Source: Raillietiella orientalis (taxonomy: Eukaryota). From it: a DNA stretch of 64,000 nucleotides. Of the stretch, positions 1-12,300 are shown piece by piece (positions within the stretch are counted from its first letter, which is position 1; each line of letters starts with the position of its first letter). Made by a program: the position numbers and the translations under genes. Where the stretch lies: the NCBI GenBank assembly GCA_036172245.1, contig JAYWIR010000013.1, forward strand, positions 2,480,001 through 2,544,000, given 5' to 3'. The notes beneath the pieces were generated by a model. That model was not told where the DNA came from, did not search any database, and was given only the letters and a program-made list of their open reading frames with translations.

Positions 1-793
1 CTGTGGTATGTGGGGAAACCCGTATACTGCGGCTTTTGCCAGGTGTCGGGGCATTTAAAAAAGAAATGCCCCAACATCGTGTGCTTGGGCTGTGGGGAGA
101 AGGGGCACATCAGGCGGATGTGCCCCAACCGAAAAGGTCCGTTCCGTCAGGCGCGAGGAAGGAAGAGACGCCGAAGGAAAAGGACCGAAGCCAACAACTG
201 GCAGAATCCCGCCCTGCCGACCAACCCGCTACTCAGGCATCCACCAGCGAACAACCAGCTGGAGAAAGCGCCGAGAACGAGGAAGGTTGGCAGGTGAAAA
301 GGGGAAGAAGCCCCCAGAAGAAGGGAGGCAAAGAAGACCGTGGGCGGGCCAGAAGAACCGATGTGGCTGACGAGGACCCGACGCGTCACCGTGCCGGGCA
401 AGAGCAACGGTGATCGTGCGTCGATTCTGGTCGTCGTCGCCACTGGTGATCACCGTGGTGACATTGTGTTCGCCATTGCCAGAAGGACGTCTGCGCGCCG
501 ATCGATGAAGCCGCCCCTGTCGCGCCTGCGCAAAGCGTCGGTGCGGAAAGCGAGGAGGCGGCGCGCATAACGGACGCGACCTTCGCGCAGGCCGCGGAAG
601 AGCTGGCAACCATGTTACGGCAGTCTGCCAAGGCCGAGAAGAAGGCCTTGAGACGACCGGCAACGGTGAAGGGCCCGGAAAATTCCGAGTCCGAAACCGA
701 AGCCGGTCATTCTCACAACCGTGCCGAAGAGGAAGGCTGGCAAGAAGACCGGTTGCCCGAGACAACCACGTTTACTCGTCAAGGGCTTCGGCG

Positions 794-1870
794 TTGCCAC
801 CCGGGTACGCCCGGAACGTTTATTTATAAAAAACTCTACAATCGCGGTACCAGGCTCCGCTCACGGCCTTATGCACGGGACCTACCGGGACGCCGGGACG
901 CAGCCCGGCGTGGCACTCCCCGGCAGCGAAAGGGGATGGGGAAAAACAAAAATAAAAACAAAAACGCAAACAAACAAATGAGGTTGGAGGGCAGGGAAGG
1001 GATCACTGTTCGCTGAGAGGACGGCCCATCCGTTGAAGGAAGCCCTCTAGGTCCATCCGCATATTCCCCAGTTGGGGCCATCCAGCAGCTCTTCGCAAGA
1101 AGCGTTGGGCATACGGGATGACATCCCTCGCTTGTGGAGCCACTCCTTCGTTTTTGGCGTCGCTCCATGCCGCCACGATGCCACGGAGTCAGCACAAGGC
1201 TGCGATGGCTGCGGCTGGCTGCAGTGTGTCCTTCACGCAGATGGTCCAAAGAACGTCTCTGGGGCTGCTGCCTGTAGGGAGCCAGAGGGTCCTCCCGAAC
1301 CGTTTTCAAAGGGGTCGGAGGGCAGCACAATCCACAATAAGGTGGGGAAGCGACTCCCGCTCCCCGCACCTGGCACACGCAGGATCCACAGCTCCCCTCG
1401 TCCAGTGGAAGCGGCGCGCGTTGCAGGGTAGATCCCAGTGCAACAAAAGCAACGCCGACTCTTGCCACTTGAGGGGGAGGATTCTGGATTCCTTCATCAC
1501 CGGGGGCCACTTCAGCTCATCCCTGGGGATGGCGAGCAGCTCGCCATATCTTAATAATCCTCGCGGCTGGACGCTCGGGGTCGTGGCGTCGGCCAGTTCT
1601 ACTGTTGTCCAGCCGCTGATCAACTTCTCGCGTTCCTCGATGCAGCAGGAGACTTGCCACCTTGGCGTCCGGCTGCTGTGAAGTGCCTTCCTCAGGAAGG
1701 GCAGCGCCGTAGCTAGGCAGGTCGTCTCTACCCACGTGCATCTTGCTGGTCTCTCCAGGAGATTCCGCAGCGTGCAGCGGGCCTAGGGGCTGCATCTAAG
1801 ACGATTTTACGTTTCGATGGTCCTCTGGTTAACCGCTGCCTACGTTCCAATATTCTCCTCCACCCAGGCG
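794..1870 (-). mobile_element. LINE copy B'1, 5'-truncated 3' fragment, antisense in G1 at the GFG site
   Basis: Minus ORF 1306-1623 has the ORF2 C-terminus (LHWDLPCNARRFHW..CARC..HL..C). T-rich 3' UTR. End aataaacgttccgggcgtacccgggtggcaa at 824-794. Confidence 0.9.
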
Positions 1871-2696
1871 GGGGAGTCAGGAACGAGCGGGCATACCTTC
1901 AGGCCCGCCGTTATTCCAGGCGTCCCGACGTCCGTTGCCTGGCAGAATTCAAGGCTGAGGCGGAGAGGCAAGCCTGGCAGTCAGGCTCGGCCTTCTTGCT
2001 GGACCATCAGGGCCAAGAACGCTCCAGCCCAGCTCAGCTAAACCGCATCGTGCGGGAGTTCCACTCCTCCTTGTACGCGCCACTAACACCGGAGCGCCAT
2101 TTCGCGCAGCGCCTAATGCCGGATGGTGCTCCCGCGCTTAAGGAGGAGGATCGTTTCCGGTTGGCGGATCCGTTCACGATGGTGGAGATCATCTTCGTTA
2201 TCGAAAAGCTGAAGAAACGGAAAACACCAGGGGAGGACGGCCTGCCCGTGGAGTTTTACCATCGTTTCGCGCTAGAGCTGGCTCCCCTGGTGCTCAGGTT
2301 AAGTACGCTGATCCGCGAACACGGCGAATTTTCTGCCTGGTTCCGGTCAGCAAAAGTACGTCTCCGGCCGAAATCAGCAGACTTACGCAACTTTGGCAAC
2401 TGGTGTCCCATCACAGTAGTGAATGCGGACGCAAAGTTGTATGCCAACTTGTGGGCTGAGCGTTTGGGGCGGGTGGCCGCTTCCGTGGTGAGTCCCGAGC
2501 AGACCTACGCTGTTCCTGGACGTACCATGGAGGCCAACTTGTTCCTCTCCAACTCATGGTGGCAGTTGCGACAACGCGTTGCTCAGGATGTTCAACGGAG
2601 CCTCGCACTCCCCTCTGACCAAGAAGATCATGCAGAGGATAGGACGGACTCGGCAAGAGCCTTTGCCGTCGCGGTCGATCTGCACAAAGCATTCGA

Positions 2697-4747
2697 TTTT
2701 CACCCGGAATTCTCCGGGTCGTTTATTAAAAAAAAAACTTTCTAACGAAATTATTAATGGCTGTGGCAATGCTCCAGCCAGAAGCTTAGAACAACGAAGC
2801 CTGCCAATTAACCGGTTTCTAGACCTGTACGGTCCACCAAGGCAGCAGGGGAAAGGGGAAAAACAAAAAAACTAAACAAAAAAAAAAAACAAAGGATGGG
2901 AGGGAACGGGAAGGGATCACGGATGCTGCTGGGGCCGCATCATCCCTCTCAGGATGCTGGCAAGCTCTTTTTTGTTATGAACATCCAGGTGGGGCCATCG
3001 CGACGCCCTCAGGAATTGGGAGGCGCACTATATGGCGCCCTGATCGCTAGGTCCTCCCGTCGCCGTGCTCCAGGCGGCGACGATCCCACGAAGGCAGCAC
3101 AAGGCTGCCATCGAAAACGCTGGCCGCAGGGCGTCGGCAACGGAGAAGGATTTTAGTGCGTCCCTGGGATTGCTGCAAGGGATACCGATGGCCGCGGCAA
3201 AGCGGAACCAAAGGGGCCGAAGGGCAACACAGTCCACTAGGAGGTGGGGTAGGGAATCCCGTTCCCCGCACCTTACACAATTGAGATCCACCGCTCCCCA
3301 GGTCCAGTGGTGTCGACAGGCGTTGCAGGGGAGTCCCCAGTGCTGCAACAGGAATGCCGACTCTTGCCATTTTAGGGGGAGGATGGAAGTGTTCATAAGA
3401 ATCGGGGGTCACTTCAGATGTTCAATCGGAACATCCAGCAGCGCTCCCCAGCGCGTTTCACGACGACGCTGCTTTCTTTTAAATTTTCGCTAACCTGCTT
3501 TCTTTTTATTTTTGTTGGCGAGCTTTTTTTAAGTTCGTGGTTTTTTCTTCGACTTTTTTTCTTTTTCGCTGTGACTTCTTGCTATTCCGACACCTGACCG
3601 CTTTTGTCGATCTTTCCGGCATTCGTTGCCGGGGTGTCGGCTGAAGCCTGGACCACGGGAGTGGGTGGCACAGCTTGAGCGGCAGCCTTCGCCGCCAGTT
3701 TTTTCTGTAGTAGCCGCGCGCGTTTTTCTAGGTTCCTCGCAGAAACCACGCGCACAGCGGATTGTGGACACACTTTCCTCGTGTGGCCCATTGTCCCACA
3801 TACCAGGCACTGTACGTTGAGGCACCTCCTTTTGAGGTGTCCCGACGTTTTCAGAAGCCACAGTATTTGGGCTTCCCCACGTACCAGAGGTCGACGCTTT
3901 CTCCGCCGACAACCAGTTTGTGGGGAAGGGTAGAGCCCTCTTGAACGGTTACACGGGCAGCGGTGAGGCGGCACTGAACTGTGGTATAGTCCTCGAAAGG
4001 ACTAGGTTTCGTCCATACTGCATGCACCGTGCCTTCTTTTCCCAACGCGGGCGTAACTGTTCTTTCCGCATCCGCGCGGTAACTCCTAGAAGGTGGACCA
4101 CCATACTGCGGTCCGCCGTAACGGGAAGGAGCCTGCGTCTCCCCATTACCACGGGGGATTTAAGCAGACGTTGGGGCAGATCTGCATGCTTGCAGATCAC
4201 CTCTACGTACTGCACCCCGCTACGAATGGTCATAGCGCAGAGCTCCTCCTCTTTAACATCGAGAGCGCGCATCCCCTTCGAAAAGGCGCGCGCACTCTCA
4301 GAAGAATACAAATTTTCTACTATGTAGAATAGTGATGGGTTATACCCCTCTTCCACATAGGCAGATAATTCCGCCGCGGCTGCAGGCGATGGCGCCGACA
4401 CGACGGCGCTCCACGCCCGCTCTGAAGCGGGGACCGGTTTTGTGCAGGCGGATGCCGCCACCTCCTTCGCTACTGAAGGCGACGTTGCCGCCGCCCCCTA
4501 GCACTCCACCTTCTCTAGAGGCGACGTCGCCTCCGCTACCTGGCGCTCCAACTTCTCTAGAGGCGACGTTGCCGCCGCCACCTGGCACTCCATTTCTTCA
4601 GGAGGCGACGTTGCCACCGCCCCCTAACACGCACTGGTGGTCGTGTCAGGCATTGCTGCCTGATCGATCACCACCACACACGAAGACTACACCAAGGGAC
4701 GGTTCTTGGCAAGAAAAGCACCTAGGAAACACGTCCGCTCTAGCCGA
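2697..4747 (-). mobile_element. LINE copy A1, both ends present with a large internal deletion (~3452), antisense in G1 at RT motif KAFD
   Basis: 5' motif gcggacgtgttt at 4738-4727. ORF1 remnants in 3582-4461. ORF2 C-terminus in 3028-3396. 3' end aataaacgacccggagaattccgggtgaaaa. Degenerate TSD cacaaagcattcga (2683-2696) / cgtaaggcattcga (4748-4761). Confidence 0.9.
4478..4628 (-). repeat. 42-bp tandem repeat (~3.5 units, GGGNVASREVGAPG) in the N-terminus of A1 ORF1
   Basis: Unit ggcgacgt(t/c)gccNccgc..cct(a/g)gc(a/g)ctcca..ttct.. recurs at 42-nt spacing; absent from A2 and A3. Confidence 0.85.
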
Positions 4748-6675
4748 CGTAAGGCATTCGAATGCGTCGATCAGGATCTCCTTCTGAAGCTCTTGGAACG
4801 CATGGGTTTCCCGTCCGTGCTCCGGTCTTACCTGCGCTCCTGCTGGCGCAATGCGTACATAAATATTGGTTTCAGCGGCCGACACGTGTACGGCGTGCCA
4901 GTGCGCCGCGGCATCCGGCAGGGTGACAGCCTGAGCCCCTTGCTCTTCATCATCTTTTTCGAGTTGGTGCTGAGGGCATACAGGGTAACTTTGGCAACTC
5001 TGCCGAGCTCGTTTGCCGACACGCCTGCCGTGTCGGCCTATGCAGACGATCTTCTGCAGCTGCTACCCAGGTACACCCCGGCGAGTGCGCTCGAGTACTT
5101 CTTCGAGTTGCTGCGCCTCGGGACGGGCCTGGAGGTGAACAGCGCGAAGTCATTTATGGTCTTTGTCGGTTCGGCGTGGGATGGACGGTCGGACTGGATC
5201 CGCTTGGGGATCCTTACGGGCTGGTGCTTGAAGTACCTTGGCGTTCCGTTGGGGGACATACGCGAAGCAGAAGCCTGGTCCGACCGTCTCCAAAAGGCAG
5301 CGTTGGCGATCGTTCCGTTCCAGGATAGCAAGTTCTACTTGCAGGAACGGGCCGCGGTGTGGTACGCGTTTGCGGCTTCCCTCCTTCGCCCCCTACTTTT
5401 TGTTTGCCCCGCCCCTTTTTTCTTTTGAAAGCGAGCAGCGCGCCTCCCGAGGACAGTCCTTTGGGGCAAAGGGAGGTCCCGTGTGAGGCTCAAAGACTTG
5501 TGAGTTCCACGTTAGCACGGTGGTCTTGGCGTACTTACGCTGGAGCGCATGGAACTGCAACTCCAATTCAGGACTCTCGTCATCGCGGCCGAAATGTGGG
5601 ACACGCATCGGTGCGTTCCAGCACGCCTCCTGGCCCAACGAGCCTGCGGATCCTGCGGACTTTTGTCGTTTCTGTCTGCGCGCGTCTGCAGAAGAGCACA
5701 CTGTGGCTCTATGCTGCGACGCATCTTCGTTGCGGTTGGGGAGAACGCCTGGATCTCCTGCCTTCCAGGGAACTACTCTGCCTGGTTGCACGAGTCAGTC
5801 TCCACCTGGGAAAGGATCGACGTAACGGCGGGCACAAGGAACACTTGCCTGAAAAGCCACGCCCGCTGGACGCTGCAGGAGATCGTGCAGTCCCACGACA
5901 AGCTTCTGTGGGCCTTGATAACCACCCTCTCTTCAGTGCTGGCCTTCCTTGTGAATGCCAGGGACAGTAAGGAGCAGGGGAAATGGACTGTGTCCTGCAC
6001 CATAGGCGGCAGGACACAATTGATAAAGGCGTGGACATCTCGGCAGCTAGCGGAGGCTGCAACGCCGAGTGTCCCGCCCAACGGAATTCGACGCTGGGGC
6101 GAGCTACTCGTTCTATCTCCGGAGGAGATGAAGTGGCCCCCGGCGTCCTGGAACAGTGGATCCCTTTCCCTTAAATGGCAGGAGGTGGCGTTGCTTGTAA
6201 TGCATTGGGGTTACCCTGTAAAGCACGCCTGTATCACATCACCTAGGGGGCTGTGGATCCCCAGTGCGACCGGTGCAAGGAAAAAGAGACCTTCCCTCAC
6301 CTTCTCATTGAGTGCAGAGCCATCCGCCTTTTATGGGATCGCCTTACGGCGATCCTGGACTTGCGCGGATGCGGCCCCAAGGACGTTTTCAGGCGCCTCT
6401 TCTGTAGTGACGCCTTGTTCCCCCCGCTTCCGCTTGTTCCCCTCCCTGCCCTCTTATCCCTAAAACATTTATCCCCTCCCGTATTTCAACTTTTTATTTG
6501 TTTTGTTTTTTCTGTCCCAACCCCCGCTCATCGGAAGGACCTCTCCTGGCTAGCGCCGGCAACCAGCAAGCTGTTTTGGCGTGGTGCACCTTAGTGTTCT
6601 CCACTGGAAAAATTAATGTATTTCTATTTTTCGAAATAAATGCCCAGGCATATCCGGTTGAAAACCGCAGTGACG

Positions 6676-9389
6676 GCAGACGTGTTTTTTTTGCTGCTCT
6701 CGCGTTTTAGCGCGATTTTGTAGGTTGTGTGGGTTTCGGGCGGTGTTTTGAAGGCAGAAATACCTGAGGACACCGCCAGTGCAAAAAAGGGGGACGGGCG
6801 AGCCTCCTCCCCTCAGCCCATGGATGTGGGGACCATCTCCCCCACAGATTCGTCCCCCTCCCCGGCGAGGGCTTGGAGTGCGGTGGTGGCGGCTCCCGCG
6901 CCGCCACCATGCGAGGAACAAAGGGCCTATGAGTCACACGGATACAGCCCGGCCCTACTGTATAAGGCAGGTGGGCTTTATTCTCCCGCGATATTGAGAA
7001 CGTTTGCCGCGGAATTTAAAAAACTGAAAGTGCCGGAAGAAGTTCTCGGGCTTTCTGTTCGCAGTGGCGGTCAGCTAGTCGAGCTGAACTGCAGAACTGC
7101 AGGAATGACTCATCAGTTGCTGAGATGCCCGGTGACCGTGAACGGGAGAAGGGTCTTCCCGTTTACTGCCGATAAATCGATCGTCATCCATTTGACTGGG
7201 GTGACGATGTGAATGGCAAAAAATGCCGTTAGGAAGGAACTGGAAAAGTACGGGACCGTCCACTCTCTTTGGGCTAAGCCGAACACCCTGGGCTTTACTA
7301 GGGCGTTCAGTGGCTATGCCGCCGCGCGTGTGACAGTCCGCGAGGATAGTGGTTTACCCCACCGACTACAGGTCGATGAAGAATACATCGATCTGTGGTA
7401 CATAGGGAAACCCAAATTTTGCGGAAACTGCGAGACTACAGGGCACCTTAAACGGAGGTGCCCCAACATCGTGTATCTACGCTGCGAGAACAAGGGCCAC
7501 GTGAGAAAGCTGTGCCCTCTTCGTTTTGCTTCCACTCCTGTTGGCAACAAGAGAACAGAGTCGCCACAGGATCCGGACAAACAGGATCCCCCATCGGGTG
7601 AAACCTCCCAACCAGGCGAGAAATGGACGCCTGTGGAACTAAAGCCGGAGGAAGGCGAAACACTTGCCGAAAACAGTTGGCAGTCAGTGAAGAAGGAAAG
7701 CATGGGGAAAGGTAAGGTCCCTAAGAATACGGTGAAAGTGGTGGGGAAAACCGTCCGCCGTTCCACCGTACACATCGATCGCGTTCCCGCGAAGGCTTCA
7801 ACCAGCAAGCCATCGATCGATACTGCAGCTGCGGCGTCGATCGATAAAGCGGTTCCGGCCCCGTGCGGCGAAATCGCCACGGTCGCCATCGATAGCGCGG
7901 CGCACGCTGCCGCGATCGATACTGTTGTTTCAGTCTTGTTAACTGGAAGCGTTGTAGCGGCGAGCGAAAGCTCAGCTGCGGCTGTGCCGAACGATGGAGC
8001 GCCGGTTGCCGCTATCGAATCGGTTGTTACGTCACCGGACACGCCAACAGGCGGCGAAATCCGTGATGAGGTGAAATGCATCTCGGATGCAAGCTTCCCG
8101 CAAGCCGCGAAAGAGTTGGCTGCCTTCTTGAGGCAGTCCGTGAAGGTCGAGAAGAAGGCCGTTCGACGCCTGGCTACGGCGAAAGACCCGGAAACTTCCG
8201 AGTCTGACGCCGAAACCGGGAAATCGTCCTCCGTAGGCTTGCCGAAGAGGTAACTGAAAAATGCAATGGGAGCTCGTAGGCGTGCTTTCACCTCTCAGGA
8301 AGAAGTCGAAATGGCATCCGACGGCGAGGAGGAGTCCATGTGCGTTGCACAATGCGACTCCGCGCCTGAGAGCATCCTTGTCCAGCTGCTAACACAGTGA
8401 TCGGCCGGCGGAATGCGCTATGCTCCTGAGCATTCCGACGACATGGACCCGGACCACCCGTCTTCTGAACAGGAGGCGGTTTCCTCCACCCCACCATACC
8501 AACACCATTGCGTGGACTCGCCTCCTCTCGCCGCTTGCGACTAACATCTTAGAACGTCAACGAGTTGAGCAGCGACGGGAAGAGGCGAGACGAAGCCGCC
8601 ATTCTGCGAGACTTCGACTGGCGGTACTACAAGAGACTCACATGCTCACAGCAGAAGCAGACCAGGATTTCGAAAGAATCACAGAATGGCGGTTACTGTG
8701 GAGGAACGGAACAGATTTCTTCTTCAAAGTGGCCTATCTGCTGAAGCCGGCCGTCGACAACTCACTGCGAAGCGCTCGGTTTGACGGGGACGGTCGAGTT
8801 AGACAACTTGTTCTCAAGTGGTCCGATTCGATCGAACTTGTGGTGACGAACTTATACGCACCAGTGAGCAAGCACAAAGCCGAAGAACCAACTGCGTTTT
8901 TCGAATCCCTGCAGCGAGACTGACTAGCTGAAGCTGGCTTACGGAGGGGGCACCTCATTGCAGGCGATTTCATTCTCCGCCTACTGGCAGGTGTCCTTAA
9001 CAGACGAGCACAACTGGTCAACGAGTTGTTTGCAGTAGTGACTGCGCGCAACCTCTTGGCCGGTGATGCAGGGAGAGGTCGGAACATCGACCACATGTTC
9101 CTCGACAACCACCTGTGCACGCGGATGGGAACTCGAGGAACGCTCCCAGCATAGCTGTCCGACCATCCACGGCTCACGCTCGAGTTAAATCCGCGAAATA
9201 AGGGCCGTCCCTTGAAAACATGACGTCTGCCAGGGCACTGTTTGCGACTCGCAGGAACGGTGGAACATCTGCGCGCCTTCCTGAGAGGAGTTCATCTTGA
9301 GACGCTCGCGGGCTGGGACGAAATGAAGTGCTCAGTCCGCAAGTTTTGCAACCAGTTTCCCCTGGAACGTCTTACGCCGGGTTTCGGCG
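6676..9389 (+). mobile_element. LINE copy G2, 5' portion (ORF1 + degenerate APE), cut by B'2 at GFG
   Basis: 5' motif gcagacgtgtttttttt at 6676. ORF1 6727-8253 has an in-frame stop at 7210 and a knuckle CGNCETTGHLKRRC. APE remnants (LQETH, TNLYAP, AGDF, IDH) in 8600-9389. Confidence 0.9.
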
Positions 9390-12300
9390 TTGTCACCGAG
9401 GTACGCCCGAGACGTTTATTCGAGAAAAATCTAGCCGCGGTACGAGGTTCCGCTCACGGGTATATGCACGGGACCTGTCGGGACGCCGGAACGCAACCCG
9501 GCGTAGCGTACCTCATCAGCGAAAAGGGATGGGGATAAAACAAAAATAAAAATAAAAATAAACCAGCAAAAAGAACATGGAGGGCGAGAAAGGAATCACT
9601 GCTTGCTGTGAGGAGGGCCCATCCTTTGAACGATGCCCCCGAGGTTCATCCTTATATTCCAGAGTTGGGGCCATCCACTAGCTCTCCGCATGGAGCGTTG
9701 GGCATATGGGATCACATTGATCGCGTTTGGATTCACTCCTTCGTTCTTGGTGTCACTCCAGGCCGCCACGATGCCTCGGACGCAGCACAAGGCTGCGAGG
9801 GCTGCGGCAGACAGCATGTCGTCCTTCACGAAGAGGGACCGGAGAACGTCTCTGGGCGTACTGCCCGTAGTGAGCCCGACGGTTGTTCCGAACCGTTCCC
9901 AAAGGGAACGGAGTGTAGCAAAGTTCACGATAAAGTGAAAGAGCGATTCTTGTTCTCCGCACCTAGCACACTCAGAATCCATAGCTCCCCTTGTCTAGTA
10001 GAAGCGGCGTGCGTTGCAGGGTAAACCCCAATGCAACAGCAGCAACGCCAAATCTTGCCACTTAAGGGGCAAGATCCTGGATTCTTGAAGCACCGAGGGC
10101 CACTTCAGCACATTCATGGGGATGGCGAGCAGCTCTCCCCATTTCTTCAGTCTTCGCGGCTGAACTCACGGGATCGTGGCGTTTGCCAGTCCTCCTGTTT
10201 TCCAGCCGCTGCTCATCTCCGTGCCTGCGATTCGGTAGGAAACTTGCAACCTTGGCTTCTGACGGGCGTGGAGCGCCCTCCGGAGGTAGATCATCGCCGT
10301 AGCAAGGGAAATCGCATCCGCCCACGTGCGTCTTGCAAGAAATTCAAGTATGTCCCGTAGGTTGCAGAGAGCGCATAGGCCGATAAGCAGGCAGTTCATC
10401 GGATCATTACTCCTTTGGTTTTGCTTAGCGCAGGTGCCAGCAGTCTCCTCCATCCAGGCGGAGGAGTTGTCGGGGACACGAACCATCCAGCTGTTCTCCT
10501 TCGCCAGGGTTGCCAAGCGCACGAGCAGTAGGCAGCATCTACGGATCTTCCGGCAGGGGCACAGAAGAAAAGACGCGAGTCCTTCGCACAGGGACACACG
10601 CCTGGAGAGGAGGCGGGCCGAAATGGCCCGAAGGGTGATCCACATCTTTACTGCGATGGAAAAGGTTCGCCACCGCAGCTGGATTTACACGCTCTCCAGC
10701 GTCAGGATGCTGAGACTGCCGTCCCGACGCGGAGTGCACAAGTCCTTCAGAGAGATTCGTGGCCTCCCCTTACCCCAAAGCGCGACGCGGAGTAGGTCCT
10801 TCATCCGCTTCTTGCATTCTACAGTGGAAGAACAAACAAAAAGCAAGGGGCGGAGGATAGGGGCCGCAAATTCGTTCCAAAGCGCGCCTCGTTCTGGCAA
10901 GTGAAACTTGCCTTCCAGGAACGGGCCGATCGCCGTCTCGACTTTTTGGAGACAGCTTCCGCAGAGGAGAAGTCTTCCAACGACACACCAAGATACTCGA
11001 AGCACATTGCCGTGGGGATCACCGGACGGACCCAGTCCTGGTGCCCTGCCCACGCCGCACCGACTGGGACCACCGTCGACTTCGCCTTGTTAACCTGCAG
11101 TCCTATCCCACGGTTGAGCAGATCGAAGAAACCTCCGACCGCCTTCGCCGGGGTGGACAAAGGTATCAGGAGCAGAAGATAGTCGGCAAAGGCTGCTGAG
11201 GCGGACGTGCCGTCGCACGAGCACTCCAAGGATGCTAAAGTCACCCTATTCGCTCTCAGCAACAACTCAAAGTAGGTGCTAAAGAGCTGGGGACTGAGAT
11301 TGTCGCCATGCATTATGCCCCGCCGAACCAACACGCCATACACCTTCTGACTACTGAAAAAGACCGTAATTATCGCATGGCACCAGCTGGAGCGCAGGTA
11401 GTTTATCAAAGTGGGTGGCAAGCTCATGCGACGCACGAGCTACAACAAAAGCTCCGGCTCTACGCAGTCGACCGCCTTGCGTGCTCCAGGGTGCACGTGT
11501 TTTTTCAGTGCTCCTCGTGCCAGGAAGTCTCACCCAGTGCAAGCGTCGTGTGATTCGATGGTCGATCAGGCAGCGATGCCTGACGCGACCACCAGGGATG
11601 GCCAGGGGGCAGCGGCAACGTCGCCCCCAGAGGCGATGGAGGTGGAGGCATCCGCCCCCACAGAATCGGTCCCCGCTGCAGCGCAGGCGTGGTGCGCCGT
11701 TGTGTCGGCGCCATCGCATGCAGCCGCGGCGGAATTGTCGGCCTATGTAGAGGAGGGGTACAACCCCTCATTGTTCTACAGGGTAGGCAATCTATATTCT
11801 TTAGAGAGCGCGCGCGCCTTCTCGAAGGGCATGCGCGCTCTCGATGTGAAAGAGCAGGAGCTCAGCGCTATCACCATCCGCAGCGGGGGTCAGTACGTTG
11901 AGGTGATCTGCAAACAAGCAGAGCTGGCCCGAAGACTGCTTAAAACGCCCGTGGTGATGGGGACGCGCAGGCTCCTCCCTATTACGCCGGACCGCAGCAT
12001 GGTGGTCCACCTGTTAGGTGTTACAGCGCCGATGCGCAAGGAACAGGTTCGCGCCGCGTTGGAGGAATACAGAACGGTCCACGCGCAGTGGACAAAAGTT
12101 AGTCCTTTCGAGGATTATACGGGGCTGTAACACGGCCTCACTGCTGCGCGCGTGACCGTTCGGGAGGGCTGCACTCTTCCCCAAAAACTGATGGTCGAAG
12201 GCGAAACCGTCGACTTCTGGTATGTGGGGAAGCTGAAATACTGTGGCTTCTGCAATACGTCGGGCCACCTCAAAAAGAAGTGTCCCAATGTGCAGTGTCA

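Larger units (their letters stand above)
1..6664 (+). mobile_element. LINE copy G1 (L1/Tx1-like), degenerate. Segments 1-793, ~1869-2696 and ~4748-6664; interrupted by B'1 and A1; APE region deleted.
   Basis: ORF1 zinc knuckles (CGFCQVSGHLKKKC, CLGCGEKGHIRRMC) at 10-130. The ORF2 reading continues across both inserts (..KGFG | GVRNERAY.. and ..VDLHKAFD | RKAFECVDQDLL..). RT motifs RQGDSLSP and YADD lie in ORF 4706-5428. 3' end is AATAAA (6635) + degenerate hairpin + AAAA (6664). Confidence 0.85.

Noticed and set aside
4478..4628. CRISPR-like array
   Set aside because: These are contiguous in-frame coding repeats without unique spacers, and there are no cas genes.
9373..9510. RNA-guided targeting: the B'2 3' UTR contains tacgccgggtt, identical to 11 nt of its host just before the junction
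   Set aside because: The match is much shorter in B'1 and B'4 and lies in a GC-rich hairpin also present in B and C, which use other targets. I found no consistent UTR-target match for A or C. Endonuclease specificity is the simpler explanation.
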